Shown here: piece by piece, positions 42,066-52,581 of the stretch | Numbering within the stretch: position 1 is the first letter of the stretch | How the letters are laid out: each line of letters begins with the position of its first letter | From: Trichormus sp. ATA11-4-KO1 | GTDB lineage: Bacteria; Cyanobacteriota; Cyanobacteriia; Cyanobacteriales; Nostocaceae | Length of the DNA stretch: 64,000 nucleotides | Direction: 5' to 3' | Assembly (NCBI GenBank): GCA_019358915.1 | Contig: JAHHIM010000036.1 | Coordinates: 224,001 to 288,000, forward strand | The notes under the pieces: model-generated | What the model saw: the letters and a program-made list of their open reading frames with translations, nothing else | What the model was told of the DNA's origin: nothing | The model's database searches: none | Translations under genes and position numbers: made by a program

Positions 42066-43184
42066 GTGGTTGCCACGCCGGAAAAACAGCAACACATCCA
42101 CGAGCAATTATCAGGTCAAGACCAAGTAGCTGTATTGCTTATGGGCTACGGTGAAGTTGAAAGCTACGAAGACTTCGCGAACTATAACGAACAGGCTTTA
42201 AATCTACTGACAGCAAAATTCGCACCAGTACCAACCTGGATTTATCCCCCCCTAGCAAAACTGTTGGCGTTATTTGACCGCCATGAATGGGGACATACGC
42301 ACCACGATTTTATCTCTCCACACAACGCCATCTTTGAACAGCAACGCGCTGGTATTGAAAAGAACTTACAAGCCAAGTGGGGCAACAATATCCAAGTTTT
42401 CAAAGCCTTCAACTTCTGCGCTCCCCACCTACCTCACCAAGTTCTGGCAGAAATTAAAAATCAAGGCTTCGATAAAATACTCATTTACCCGTTGTTGGTT
42501 GTTGATTCCATCTTTACCAGTGGGATTGCGGTTGAGCAAGTGAATAATGCTTTAGCCGAGATGGCAGATGGAGAGCAACATTGGGTCAAAGGACTGCGCT
42601 ACATCCCTTCCTTTTTTAACGAACCAGCATACATCAATTTGATGGCTCAATTAGTTGAGGAAAAAATTACCGCCGACTTAAGTGCAACTTATCTACCTTC
42701 TCAAATCGGCATTGTCCTCATGAATCACGGTTGTCCCCACAAAGCCAAAGGCTTCACCTCTGGGATTACCGAAAGTCAAGCGCTATACGATGCAGTACGG
42801 GATAAATTAATTAACCGCTATCCTTTGATTTCTGTGGGTTGGCTCAACCACGACACACCTCTGATTGAATGGACTTTGCCAAATGCCGAGCAAGCTGCTA
42901 GTAACCTGATTCAATTGGGTGCCAAAGTGGTGATTTTTATGCCTATTGGCTTTGCTACCGAAAACCATGAAACTCTATTAGATGTACACCACATCATTCA
43001 TACTTTAGAGAAAAAACATTCTGGTGTGAATTATGTACAGATGCCTTGCGTCAACGACCATCCAGAATTTTTGGACATGGCTGCTGAATGGGCAAATGCT
43101 CATATTAGTGAGTTAATCAATGAGCAAGCTATGGCAATTAATCCCCAGTTGGCGGGAAATCACCATCACCATCACCATCATTAG
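42066..43184 (+). CDS. Ferrochelatase-family chelatase with C-terminal His7 tail
   Basis: VLLMGYG, NFCAP, NHG, WLNH..WT.P and GFATENHETL motifs. Confidence 0.8.
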   Translation: MVATPEKQQHIHEQLSGQDQVAVLLMGYGEVESYEDFANYNEQALNLLTAKFAPVPTWIYPPLAKLLALFDRHEWGHTHHDFISPHNAIFEQQRAGIEKNLQAKWGNNIQVFKAFNFCAPHLPHQVLAEIKNQGFDKILIYPLLVVDSIFTSGIAVEQVNNALAEMADGEQHWVKGLRYIPSFFNEPAYINLMAQLVEEKITADLSATYLPSQIGIVLMNHGCPHKAKGFTSGITESQALYDAVRDKLINRYPLISVGWLNHDTPLIEWTLPNAEQAASNLIQLGAKVVIFMPIGFATENHETLLDVHHIIHTLEKKHSGVNYVQMPCVNDHPEFLDMAAEWANAHISELINEQAMAINPQLAGNHHHHHHH

Positions 43185-43268
43185 GTAACAGATTCCAGGG
43201 GGATAATATGAGAACAAATAAATTACTTTATTATCCCCCTCGCTTAAATTTAGTTGCTAACCTGAAGG

Positions 43269-43399
43269 TAAGTAGGTAGGCACAAATAAAATCAACTATG
43301 TAAAGAAAAATGAATCAGCTTAAAACCCTCTTCCCTTCTGCCTCCTGCCTTCTGCCTTCTGCCTTATCCTAGCGATAAATTTTCCCACCCACCTACTTA
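43269..43399. mobile_element. MITE with TA-bounded inverted ends and internal TTCTGCC repeats
   Basis: TAAGTAGGTAGG ... CCCACCTACTTA. Confidence 0.65.
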
Positions 43400-43453
43400 A
43401 CTAGAAGATTTGGGTACAACCGTCTTCACAAGAATTAGTTTCAGGACGGACTG

Positions 43454-43663
43454 ATGACACAAACTGATTTATCTCCAGCTATTGCCGTCAATATCCCCAA
43501 CACGCTCACCCTGAAAGTTTCCCACGAGCAATTTGTGGATTTGGCACTCGCTAACCGAGACTTACAATTAGAACGAAGTGCTACGGGTGAGTTAATTATT
43601 ATGCCACCTACCGGAAGCGTTACCGGAGGCTCTATTGCGAATTGGTTTCATGCCCCAAATTAG
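43454..43663 (+). pseudogene. Truncated Uma2-family endonuclease (N-terminus only)
   Basis: EQFVDLALANRDLQLERSATGELIIMPPTGS, then similarity is lost. Confidence 0.75.
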
Positions 43664-43694
43664 CCTTGACACGCCAGTAGCTTCTGCTATTTCA

Positions 43695-44075
43695 CTAAAA
43701 AGAGAAGAAATGCTGTTTTAACACGTCTAACCGTGAACAGTGCCAATAATCAATGTGGGAAACAATCAAATTAGATGAATTAATTTTTAATTCACTCCAG
43801 CCAGAAATAAAAATCCGTGGTTTCCAAGGTAGGGGAGTATTCCAGCTAAGTGTCCATTCAGTTTTGATGCTGTCTCCTAAATGTTGAATATCATGTACAT
43901 CCATTTGCGGATTTAAAAACCAAGTTTGGATGAAATTAATCATCTGCTTATAGCGTTCAACACCACGAAATTTATTTAATGGGTCTTGAAAATAAACATC
44001 TTCAGCGTAAATGCTATAAGTTTGATTGGTGGGAAATCTTTGGTAGTCTGCCTTGAGTATGTCAATAATATCCAT
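43695..44075 (-). CDS. DUF2358 / SnoaL-like protein
   Basis: YSIYAEDVYFQDPLNKFRG, LPWKP and HIDYW motifs. Confidence 0.85.
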   Translation of the reverse strand: MDIIDILKADYQRFPTNQTYSIYAEDVYFQDPLNKFRGVERYKQMINFIQTWFLNPQMDVHDIQHLGDSIKTEWTLSWNTPLPWKPRIFISGWSELKINSSNLIVSHIDYWHCSRLDVLKQHFFSF

Positions 44076-44137
44076 TTCTGTAAGTTAGTTTGATATATGA
44101 AGAGTGCTGAAAGGTAACAAGGTGAGAATATTAATTT

Positions 44138-44716
44138 CTATTGGACGTTAATGTCTACCTCATTCCATAGGCGTTCTAACTGACGTTGCCAAGCAGCTAA
44201 TACTTCTTCTCGCGCTTCTGAGGTTTGGTTGATTTCACCCATTAATCCTTCTGCATAAAACCGTTCTAGGCTTTGCATGGTAGCTGGGAGTGATTGTCCT
44301 TGCTGTTTTGCTGTTTGGATAATTTGCCGAATCCGACTTTCAATTAGTCGATTGAAGACATTATCTAAACCTGCTTCATGTAAAGATACAAGTCGAGCGA
44401 TCGCACTGGCAAAATCTGCACTTACTAAAGTGCCACAATTGTGTTGATATACTGCCCAAACTACACCGTCATATAGAGCATAGCGGACTTCTTGTGTGTC
44501 ATCAAAGTTAGCTTCTAAAAACTGTGCTAAAAAAGGTTGAGCTTCTTGCATTGGCACAATTGGCAATAGAACTCGTATCCAAGTATGATCCTCAGAAAGC
44601 AGTACTAATAACCGAAAAGTAGAGGTATCAACTTGCCATGATCCAGGAGCGATCGCCTTTACTTCTGTAGTTCCAAATAATTTTGTGAGCGTCCCCGCAA
44701 TTTCTTCAGGTGTCAT
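44138..44716 (-). CDS. Conserved hypothetical protein (YbjN / type III chaperone-like N-terminus)
   Basis: 192-aa ORF with LEANFDDTQEVRYAL motif. Confidence 0.7.
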   Translation of the reverse strand: MTPEEIAGTLTKLFGTTEVKAIAPGSWQVDTSTFRLLVLLSEDHTWIRVLLPIVPMQEAQPFLAQFLEANFDDTQEVRYALYDGVVWAVYQHNCGTLVSADFASAIARLVSLHEAGLDNVFNRLIESRIRQIIQTAKQQGQSLPATMQSLERFYAEGLMGEINQTSEAREEVLAAWQRQLERLWNEVDINVQ

Positions 44717-44751
44717 AGTCTTTTTTGAGCTTCTAGCTTTAGCGTAACGCT

Positions 44752-45000
44752 TTAAAGTTCACCAGGTGTATTGGCTGCTGCTTGAGATTGCTGTGCTACT
44801 TGCTGGACTACTTCCAAAGATAAATCTAACAATTGAGCGATCGCCTCCCAGATCAAACCAAACTGGATCATTCGCGGTATTGCTTCTAATTTGCCTTGCT
44901 GCTTACCTGCTTCTAGGCCTTCCTGATAAACTTTGCTTTGTTTCAACTCATTTAAACCTAACATTGCTTCAATCTCCTCGCGGCTCTTTTGCGGTAATTT
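44752..45000 (-). pseudogene. C-terminal Rpn/DUF2887-type fragment
   Basis: KLPQKSREEIEA-MLGLNELKQSKVYQEG..GKLEAIPRM..IAQLLDL; N-terminal part missing. Confidence 0.7.
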
Positions 45001-45151
45001 GTTTCACAGTTATGGAGGAATTGCACTTTAGGCTGCTCAGTTTAGCTTACCGTGTCAATGGTGATTCATCTTTTGCCACTACCGATGAAGACTGGGGAAA
45101 ATCTTGCGGTAAAATCTCTCAATGGCATCTTGTGCAAATAACGTATAAAAC

Positions 45152-45736
45152 ATGACTAAACTACTTGTGGTAGCCACAGGAAATCCAGGTAAGCTGAGGG
45201 AAATGCAAGCTTACTTAGCAAATTCTGGTTGGGAATTAACCCTCAAACCTGAAGAATTAGAAATTGAGGAGACAGGCGACACCTTTGCAGAAAATGCTTG
45301 TCTCAAAGCCTCTGAGGTTGCTCAAGCCACAGGACAATGGGCGATCGCTGATGACTCTGGCTTGCAAGTAGATGCTCTCAATGGCGCACCAGGAGTATAT
45401 TCGGCGCGTTATGGCACAACCGACGCCGAACGCATTGCTAGGCTATTAAGGGAATTAGATCACGAAACTAATCGGCAAGCACAATTTGTTTGTGTAATCG
45501 CGATCGCTCGTCCCGATGGTACGATTGTTCTGCAATCGGAAGGTATTTGTCGCGGTGAAATTCTCCATGTACCCTGTGGCGCAGGCGGTTTCGGCTACGA
45601 TCCAATTTTTTACGTTCCCGAACAGCAATTGACCTTTGCAGAGATGACAAAGGAGTTGAAAGGGTTAATAAGTCATCGAGGTCAGGCGTTGCAAGCTTTA
45701 ATTCCTCAATTGAAAACTATTCTGCATCAAGAGTAA
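45152..45736 (+). CDS. rdgB: Non-canonical purine NTP pyrophosphatase (HAM1 family)
   Basis: ATGNPGK, ADDSGL, PGVYSAR, GFGYDPIF and SHRG motifs. Confidence 0.95.
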   Translation: MTKLLVVATGNPGKLREMQAYLANSGWELTLKPEELEIEETGDTFAENACLKASEVAQATGQWAIADDSGLQVDALNGAPGVYSARYGTTDAERIARLLRELDHETNRQAQFVCVIAIARPDGTIVLQSEGICRGEILHVPCGAGGFGYDPIFYVPEQQLTFAEMTKELKGLISHRGQALQALIPQLKTILHQE

Positions 45737-45973
45737 GTTTTGAGGGGGAAGATAATTTTTAATTGTTGATGTATGAGAGGAAAGGCTATTTCAGGTAACA
45801 AGCATAATTTGATAAATATGCTGTAACTAAATAGTATGAAATTTGTAAAAATCAAACTCTAACGCAAGATTTTGACTGATCTAACTTGAGTTGGAGCACT
45901 ACCTTTTTGGGATTGATCACAATATGATGACAACTCCTGATAGCGCAGCGTGGCCTTAGCCATAGGTAATTAT

Positions 45974-46243
45974 ATGAAACATTTAGCAATCGCGACTTTA
46001 GCGGTAATTTTTGGCAGTTTTCCATTTACCGGACTAACTTCAATCTCCAAGGTTATAGCCCAAGAAACAGAGATGCAATCTCCTACAGAAGCTCCTCCTG
46101 ACACTGGTGTTAATCAGAAGATTGACATTCAAGTAGACAATGAAAATGAAATTGAAATTGAAGTAGAATCTCAACAAAATCCCTTGCCTCAACCAGCTTC
46201 AGAGACTCAAAATAATTCTGATATGCCTGATATGTCTGATTAA
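45974..46243 (+). CDS. Small acidic secreted hypothetical protein
   Basis: Signal-peptide-like N-terminus MKHLAIATL..VIAQ followed by an acidic tail. Confidence 0.55.
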   Translation: MKHLAIATLAVIFGSFPFTGLTSISKVIAQETEMQSPTEAPPDTGVNQKIDIQVDNENEIEIEVESQQNPLPQPASETQNNSDMPDMSD

Positions 46244-46491
46244 TTTTTTCTCAAAAAATGGTGGCTTGTAATATCTGGACTTTGCCTCCTGAGTCTTTGC
46301 AGTGTTGACATGAACTAGCCCTTTCAAAGTGTAATGTATTTTCTTTGTGTCTTAGTATCTTAGTGGTTAAAAAATCACTTTTGCAACACAAAGGCACAAA
46401 GAAACAAAGGCAGAGATCGCCATCTCAGGAAAATCCATAATAGAATAGATATCCAAGCCACCGAAATTAAGAGAAATCAAAGGACGCTGAA

Positions 46492-46731
46492 ATGGATAGC
46501 TTCGATTATGTAATTTTGGTAGCTGGACTAGGTGGACTTTCAGCTGCTGCTTGCTTAACCAGACAAGGATACCGAGTCGCAGTTTTAGAAAAACATTACT
46601 TACCAGGCGGCTGTTGCCACACCTTTGATTATAGTGAATACAGTTTTTGTATGGATGTAGTGGAAATCATTACAGGGCAATCGGTACGGCAAAACCTAGA
46701 AATGCCTAAGCCTTTAGTTACAGTTGGATAA
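46492..46731 (+). pseudogene. Internally deleted FAD-dependent (phytoene dehydrogenase-like) oxidoreductase
   Basis: DYVILVAGLGGL..VLEKHYLPGG Rossmann start followed by only a short tail; 79 aa in total. Confidence 0.7.
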
Positions 46732-46790
46732 GCATTTACGTCCAAAAAATCCCCGCCAACAAGATCAATAATTACTGTTGACGGGAAGCA

Positions 46791-47024
46791 TCACAGTTCT
46801 AAATCTTCTGTTTCTTCTGTTTCCAAGTTATATGTATCCATGATCTCTTCCACTTCTTCTTCCACATCCTCATCTTCGTAATAGCTTTGATCAATAGATA
46901 CATAAGACACTAATCGGCCAGTACTTGCCAACCAATCGAGTAAGGATTCCTCCTGCTTGAGAGGAATTACAGGTGTTGGTTGGTGACGGGGTTCTTCTCG
47001 GAGAGCAGGAGATCGCTTAATCAT
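46791..47024 (-). CDS. DUF3134 family small protein
   Basis: PALREEPRHQPTPVIPLKQEESLLDWL..GRL with an acidic tail. Confidence 0.8.
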   Translation of the reverse strand: MIKRSPALREEPRHQPTPVIPLKQEESLLDWLASTGRLVSYVSIDQSYYEDEDVEEEVEEIMDTYNLETEETEDLEL

Positions 47025-47205
47025 GATTTTTTACCCCCGAAGACTCGTAATTAACAGTGTGAACTGTGTATTTTGAAAAGCTTCTTTCGTATGGGTGATA
47101 TTTTTGTCTATCTGGAGAAGCAATTCTCATAGAAGATAAACAGAAGTCACTGCCGAGTATTGAAGTGATAGTATATTGTTGTCGGCGCTCTAATCCCCGC
47201 TCTAG

Positions 47206-47694
47206 ATGAACAAAGCATTGGATGAAACGCTTTCAATTGAAATTGCCCAAAGCATCAGAAGTAAAGCTAATAAGCCATTTGATAATGCTTACAGAGCAGT
47301 ATTAACAACTGAGAAAGCCAAGTATGTCCAGGGATTTTTAGCTGTTGCTGAGAAGCCATATCAACCGATTGAACATGGTTGGATGGAATTAAAGGATGGC
47401 TTAGATCAGTATTCTATTATACGCATTGTTGATCCTACCCTACCACACCTACACAAAAGCCCCCAAGAACTTTGGTACTTTGCGGCACAAAGCTTAAATG
47501 TTAAGCAACTGAAAGCGATAATCGAAGAATCACAAGAAGACTATCCAGAAGATGATCCACTTCCAGTATATGGTGATGCCCCTTATGAATATTACGGTGA
47601 TGTGATGTTGGGTGGTAAAGAATACTTACAAGCTTATCAAGCAGCAGAGGCTAAGTGTAGAGAACTCCAAGCATCACAGGCAAAGAATCGCTAA
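47206..47694 (+). CDS. Conserved hypothetical protein
   Basis: 162-aa ORF with YVQG, EHGW and VDPT motifs. Confidence 0.7.
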   Translation: MNKALDETLSIEIAQSIRSKANKPFDNAYRAVLTTEKAKYVQGFLAVAEKPYQPIEHGWMELKDGLDQYSIIRIVDPTLPHLHKSPQELWYFAAQSLNVKQLKAIIEESQEDYPEDDPLPVYGDAPYEYYGDVMLGGKEYLQAYQAAEAKCRELQASQAKNR

Positions 47695-47731
47695 CAAAGT
47701 CCCCTGTAACCTGTCCCCTATACCCTTCATC

Positions 47732-48418
47732 ATGAGCCAGACTGCGTTAAATTTAGTTGCAATCTCCATATTTCTCATGACTTTATCGGTGCTGCTGGGG
47801 CCCTTAATTCACTTGTCCCCAACAGTACCAGCAATTGCGACTTTCACTATTTTGGGAATAGCTACTTTCGATAATTTCAGCTTGCAAGGTAAGGGCGGTG
47901 CGATTGTTTTAGATTGGATTGCTGGTTTTTCTGCTGAACACCGCGATCGCATTATCCACCATGAAGCTGGACACTTTCTCGTTGCGCACTTGCTCGCTAT
48001 TCCTGTGACTGGCTATACTCTCAGTGCTTGGGAAGCTTGGAAACAGGGGCAACCAGGACAAGGTGGTGTTACCTTTGATGATGCTGAATTAGCATCTCAA
48101 CTAGAAAGAGGGACAATCAGCGCCCAAATTCTTGACCGCTATTGCACAATTTGGATGGCGGGTATTGTTGCGGAAACTTTAGTTTTTAATCGTGCTGAAG
48201 GTGGAGCTGATGATCAAAGCAAGCTTGCAGGAGTTTTAGCAAGTTTGGGGTTTTCTCAATCAGCTTGTCAGCAAAAACAACGGTTTCATATTCTCCAAGC
48301 AAAAACTTTACTGCAAGAAAATTGGTCTAGTTACGAAGCTTTAGTCAAATCTATGCAACAACGCGCCACTGTTACAGATTGTCAGCGCGTTATTGATCAT
48401 GTAGCATCTGCAACCTAG
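47732..48418 (+). CDS. Membrane-anchored Zn metalloprotease (FtsH/M41 protease-domain-like)
   Basis: Two TM segments, HHEAGHFL, MAGIVAE and GGADD motifs; ATG at 47732. Confidence 0.85.
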   Translation: MSQTALNLVAISIFLMTLSVLLGPLIHLSPTVPAIATFTILGIATFDNFSLQGKGGAIVLDWIAGFSAEHRDRIIHHEAGHFLVAHLLAIPVTGYTLSAWEAWKQGQPGQGGVTFDDAELASQLERGTISAQILDRYCTIWMAGIVAETLVFNRAEGGADDQSKLAGVLASLGFSQSACQQKQRFHILQAKTLLQENWSSYEALVKSMQQRATVTDCQRVIDHVASAT

Positions 48419-48487
48419 ATCCTGCCCTTGCTTTCATCCCCACACTCCATTTCGTTGTGTGTGGGGAATTCTAATTAATTCAGAGTA

Positions 48488-49867
48488 TTATTTACTCTTT
48501 TGTGTACTAGTCATATTGATACGATCGCTCAGTTGACGGAGAGTTTGCGCTAAAGTGCGATCGCTTTCTTGGAGTTGGGCAATTTTGTCACAACTATAAA
48601 TTACCGTTGTATGATCTTTACCACCAAACGCTTCACCAATTCTCGGCAAACTCAGATCAGTTCGTTGGCGCATTAGATACATACCTATTTGACGTGCCCA
48701 ACTAATTTCCCGCCGCCGTGAGTTACTTTTCAGGTCTTCAATTGAGACATCAAAAGTATCAGCAACAACCGCTAAAATCGTTTCTGGGGTAGCTGCTACT
48801 TTCTCGCTTTGTGTCTCTAAAACTGGTGTGATATTCTCCACCGTCATTGGTAAACCCCAAATAGAAATATAAGCTAGTGCCCGAATTAAGGCTCCTTCCA
48901 ACTCGCGAATATTAGAAGTGTAGTTAGAAGCAATATACTCAATTACATCTCTGGGGAGGCGAATATTTTCGTACTCAGCCTTTTTCTGAAGAATTGCCAT
49001 CCTAGTTTCTAAATCTGGAGTTTGCACATCAGCAATTAAACCCATAGAAAACCGGGAACATAGACGTTCTTGTAGTCGAGGAATTTGGTTAGGGGGACGG
49101 TCGGAAGCTATCACAACTTGCTTACCAGCTTCATGTAATGTATTAAAAGTATGAAAAAATTCTTCTTGGGTATATTCTTTACCTTCAATAAACTGAATAT
49201 CATCTACTAACAACACATCAGCCGCCCGGTAATGCTCCCGGAAACTTTGCATACTATCATTGCGGATGGCTGTAATTAAGTCGTTAGTAAATTGCTCTGT
49301 GGACACATAAAATATTTTGGAATCTGGGCAAATTTCCCGGCGATAATGACCAATAGCTTGCATCAGATGGGTTTTGCCCAAGCCGACACCACCGCATAAA
49401 AATAAAGGATTAAACTCCCTCCCTGGAGATTCCGCCACAGCCAAGGATGCGGCGTGAGCCATGCGATTGTTAGCACCAACCACAAATCGCGAAAATACAT
49501 ATTTAGAGTTTAAATCAGTGGTGGGTTGCTTTTTTTGGGGCACAGTTTCAGCGATGATACTTGGGTGAGGTAACTCCCAAGCAGCATCTCGTTCTCCCAA
49601 ATGGGTAATTCCATCATCCTGAGCAACAGTAATATAGATTTCTACAGGATGACCCAAAATGTCTTGCACTACATGAGCGATCGTGTTGATGTAATATTTT
49701 TGTAACCAATTACGAGCAAAAGGGTTAGGAGTAATTATTATCAAGCAGTTATTTTCTAATCGTTCCGCATTAGCAGTTTTGATCCAAGTTTCAAAGGTGG
49801 GACGGGATAGTTCTAGCTGTAAGCGCTCTAACACCTGATTCCACAGACTGTCAATGGGAATTTCCAT
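48488..49867 (-). CDS. dnaA: Chromosomal replication initiator DnaA
   Basis: [30 protein letters not shown] and GGKDHTTV motifs. Confidence 0.98.
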   Translation of the reverse strand: MEIPIDSLWNQVLERLQLELSRPTFETWIKTANAERLENNCLIIITPNPFARNWLQKYYINTIAHVVQDILGHPVEIYITVAQDDGITHLGERDAAWELPHPSIIAETVPQKKQPTTDLNSKYVFSRFVVGANNRMAHAASLAVAESPGREFNPLFLCGGVGLGKTHLMQAIGHYRREICPDSKIFYVSTEQFTNDLITAIRNDSMQSFREHYRAADVLLVDDIQFIEGKEYTQEEFFHTFNTLHEAGKQVVIASDRPPNQIPRLQERLCSRFSMGLIADVQTPDLETRMAILQKKAEYENIRLPRDVIEYIASNYTSNIRELEGALIRALAYISIWGLPMTVENITPVLETQSEKVAATPETILAVVADTFDVSIEDLKSNSRRREISWARQIGMYLMRQRTDLSLPRIGEAFGGKDHTTVIYSCDKIAQLQESDRTLAQTLRQLSDRINMTSTQKSK

Positions 49868-50036
49868 TATTTACCACCTTGGCTGCTAATCATCACAATA
49901 GAAGATATCAACACGTACTAATTTAATATTTAGAAGTTATGGACAGAAAATGAGCTTGAGAGTTGTAATCATTCTGGGACAAACCCGGTAGGCAAGATTC
50001 TACCACCCACTGACCAGCACGGAGAAGCAAAGACAC

Positions 50037-51266
50037 ATGAAGACAAAAGAGCATGACTTGAGAGTCCACAATGTTGATACCTGGGTTTGGCCCCAGATGA
50101 TCAATTTGGTGCTAGTAAGTGGGGTAGCGGTGGTTTCCCTGGGGGGCTGCTCGCTTCTACCTGCCAAAACCAATGAGCCTCAGGTGGGAACCCAAAATAC
50201 AAATAATAACAGCCCGGCAATTACTCCCCCAGCAATTATTTCTGCATCTGGAGATCCTAACTTTGTGGTCGCAGTTGTCCAAAAGGTAGGAGATGCCGTA
50301 GTGCGGATTGATGCATCTAGAACCGTAACTTCTCGTTTACCAGAAGATCGATTTTTCCGGCGGTTTTTTGCGGATATAGAGCCATCACAGCCTAGAGAGC
50401 GAATTGAGCAGGGTAGTGGTTCTGGATTTATTATTAACTCCTCAGGCCAAATCTTAACTAATTCCCATGTGGTCGATGGTGCTGACTCTGTAACTGTTAC
50501 CTTGAAAGATGGTAGGACTTATGAGGGCAAAGTGCTGGGTGAAGATCCGGTGACTGATGTGGCTTTAATTCAAATTGATGCCAATAATCTGCCAATCTTG
50601 CCCGTAGGTAATTCTGATGTCTTGCAACCAGGAGAAGCAGTAATTGCCATTGGCAATCCTTTAGGACTGAATAATACAGTTACTTCGGGGATTATCAGCG
50701 CGACTGGTCGCTCTAGTAGTGACATTGGGGTGAGTGATAAGCGCGTTGACTATATTCAAACGGATGCGGCGATTAACCCTGGTAACTCTGGCGGGCCATT
50801 ACTCAATGTCAGAGGTGAAGTAATTGGGATGAACACAGCAATTATCCGAGGCGCGCAAGGGTTAGGATTTGCCATTCCCATTAACACAGTACAAAGAATT
50901 TCCCAAGAATTAATTGCTAAAGGTAGGGTTGATCATCCTTACTTGGGCATTCAAATGGTGACGTTGACACCAGAACTGAAAGAAAGAATTAATACTAGAG
51001 CAGGCGATCGCGTTAATCTCACAGCAGATCAAGGTGTTTTATTGGTGAGTATTGTGCCTCGCTCTCCAGCATCGGTTGCTGGACTACGACCTGGTGATGT
51101 AATTCAAAGCATTGATAACCAACCTGTTACCAAAATTGAAGAAGTACAAAAGCTTGTAGAAAACAGCAAAATCGGTAACCCTTTACAAATACAAGTGGAA
51201 CGTAATGGGCGAATTGCCCAAGTAGTAGTTAGTCCTGCACCTTTACCAATAGAACGAGAAGGCTGA
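50037..51266 (+). CDS. HtrA/HhoA/HhoB-family serine protease with PDZ domain
   Basis: GSGFII, LTNSHVV and DAAINPGNSGGPL motifs, PDZ domain, lipobox-like LGGC. Confidence 0.93.
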   Translation: MKTKEHDLRVHNVDTWVWPQMINLVLVSGVAVVSLGGCSLLPAKTNEPQVGTQNTNNNSPAITPPAIISASGDPNFVVAVVQKVGDAVVRIDASRTVTSRLPEDRFFRRFFADIEPSQPRERIEQGSGSGFIINSSGQILTNSHVVDGADSVTVTLKDGRTYEGKVLGEDPVTDVALIQIDANNLPILPVGNSDVLQPGEAVIAIGNPLGLNNTVTSGIISATGRSSSDIGVSDKRVDYIQTDAAINPGNSGGPLLNVRGEVIGMNTAIIRGAQGLGFAIPINTVQRISQELIAKGRVDHPYLGIQMVTLTPELKERINTRAGDRVNLTADQGVLLVSIVPRSPASVAGLRPGDVIQSIDNQPVTKIEEVQKLVENSKIGNPLQIQVERNGRIAQVVVSPAPLPIEREG

Positions 51267-51325
51267 TTTATCAATAAAGTGCTTCCTTCCTGAGTAAGGA
51301 GTTTTACGCCAATTAGGAAATCTAG

Positions 51326-51821
51326 TTATGCTTCAGCGATCGCAAGCGCGGCGGAGCCGAACGCAAACAAGCCGAGATTGTCCTGCAACAACTGAATGCT
51401 GAACTTGAGCAATGGGTAGTAGAGCGAACCGCACAACTGAAGGAGACAAACGATCGCCTGCTCAAAACGGTGATAGAGCAGCAACAAACCCAACTCATAC
51501 TTTTAGAACAAGCACAACTACTGGATTTAGCACACGATACCATCATCACTCGCGACTTAAATGGGGCGATCAACTTCTGGAACAAGGGAGCCGAGGATAT
51601 GTATGGCTGGAAGAAAGCCGATGCCAAAACTAACAGGAGGCGAAGTTTATCAGCATCTGCAATTACATGAAATTAAACTAGAAGTTGTACTAATTTCGTC
51701 ATACACTGAGCTAGGGAAATTAGCCTTAAGTTTAGGTATTGTCTATTATCTTAATAAACCATTTGAGATTCCCGATTTCTTAAAAACAATAAATTCGGCT
51801 TACGAAAGACTTCTATGCTAG
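51326..51821 (+). pseudogene. Deletion-fused remnant of a PAS sensor and a receiver domain
   Basis: [43 protein letters not shown] joined out of frame near 51620 to MPKLTGG..ISSY..YLNKPF. Confidence 0.75.
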
Positions 51822-52140
51822 GGTAAACAAATAATCTTGAATAGCCAAAAAAAATGAGGGAAATGGGCGACAATTCAATAAGGTTTCTAAACATTAATCA
51901 TCCTTAAGCCATCAAAATTTGGTAGATGAAAGTTCGGTATAAGGAATAGTGTGCTAAATATTGTTATGTCTTAAATAACTTTGTACTGTCCGAGTGTCAT
52001 TACCTCGATTACCAGAGTGACAAAACAGAGTTAAGTACAGCCCGCCGTAAAAAAGGGTCGAAAATAAGGGAAGATAATTCTTTGCAGGAAAGTTCAGAGA
52101 ATTGAAGTATGCGGGGGCGCACCTCTAAAATATAGCAAAT

Positions 52141-52521
52141 ATGGTTTTTCAATACACAGAAGCACTTGTTACCATCGCATCTATTAATCTTGAGGATTTG
52201 GTAGATTTTTATGCCCAGTTACTGGGGCAAAAACCCATCAATTTCATCCCAAATATCTATGCAGAATTTCAACTTACTGGTGTGCGATTGGGTATTTTTC
52301 AACCGAAAAAAACACATGCATCTGAATTTACAACTTCAGCAAAAAGTAAGATAAGTTTGTGTCTAGAGGTGAGTAATTTAGAAGCAGCGATCGCTCACCT
52401 GAACATCCTAGGCTATCCACCCCCTGGAGATATCTCAATTGCTTCCCACGGTAAAGAAATTTATGCCTACGACCCCGACGGTAATCGTCTCATTCTGCAT
52501 CAAGCCCTGAAAAGCCTATAG
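52141..52521 (+). CDS. VOC/glyoxalase family protein
   Basis: FYAQLLG, LCLEV and YAYDPDGNRL motifs. Confidence 0.88.
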   Translation: MVFQYTEALVTIASINLEDLVDFYAQLLGQKPINFIPNIYAEFQLTGVRLGIFQPKKTHASEFTTSAKSKISLCLEVSNLEAAIAHLNILGYPPPGDISIASHGKEIYAYDPDGNRLILHQALKSL

Positions 52522-52581
52522 GTGGGAAAGTAATTAGTACTTTTATGGGGATAATTAATTAATGATTATTGGTAATTTAGT

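Noticed and set aside
44766..45155. 129-aa plus-strand ORF before rdgB
   Set aside because: Largely antisense to the Rpn-type fragment, with no motif support
48419..48487. Possible oriC beside dnaA
   Set aside because: Too short, no DnaA-box cluster, only a hairpin
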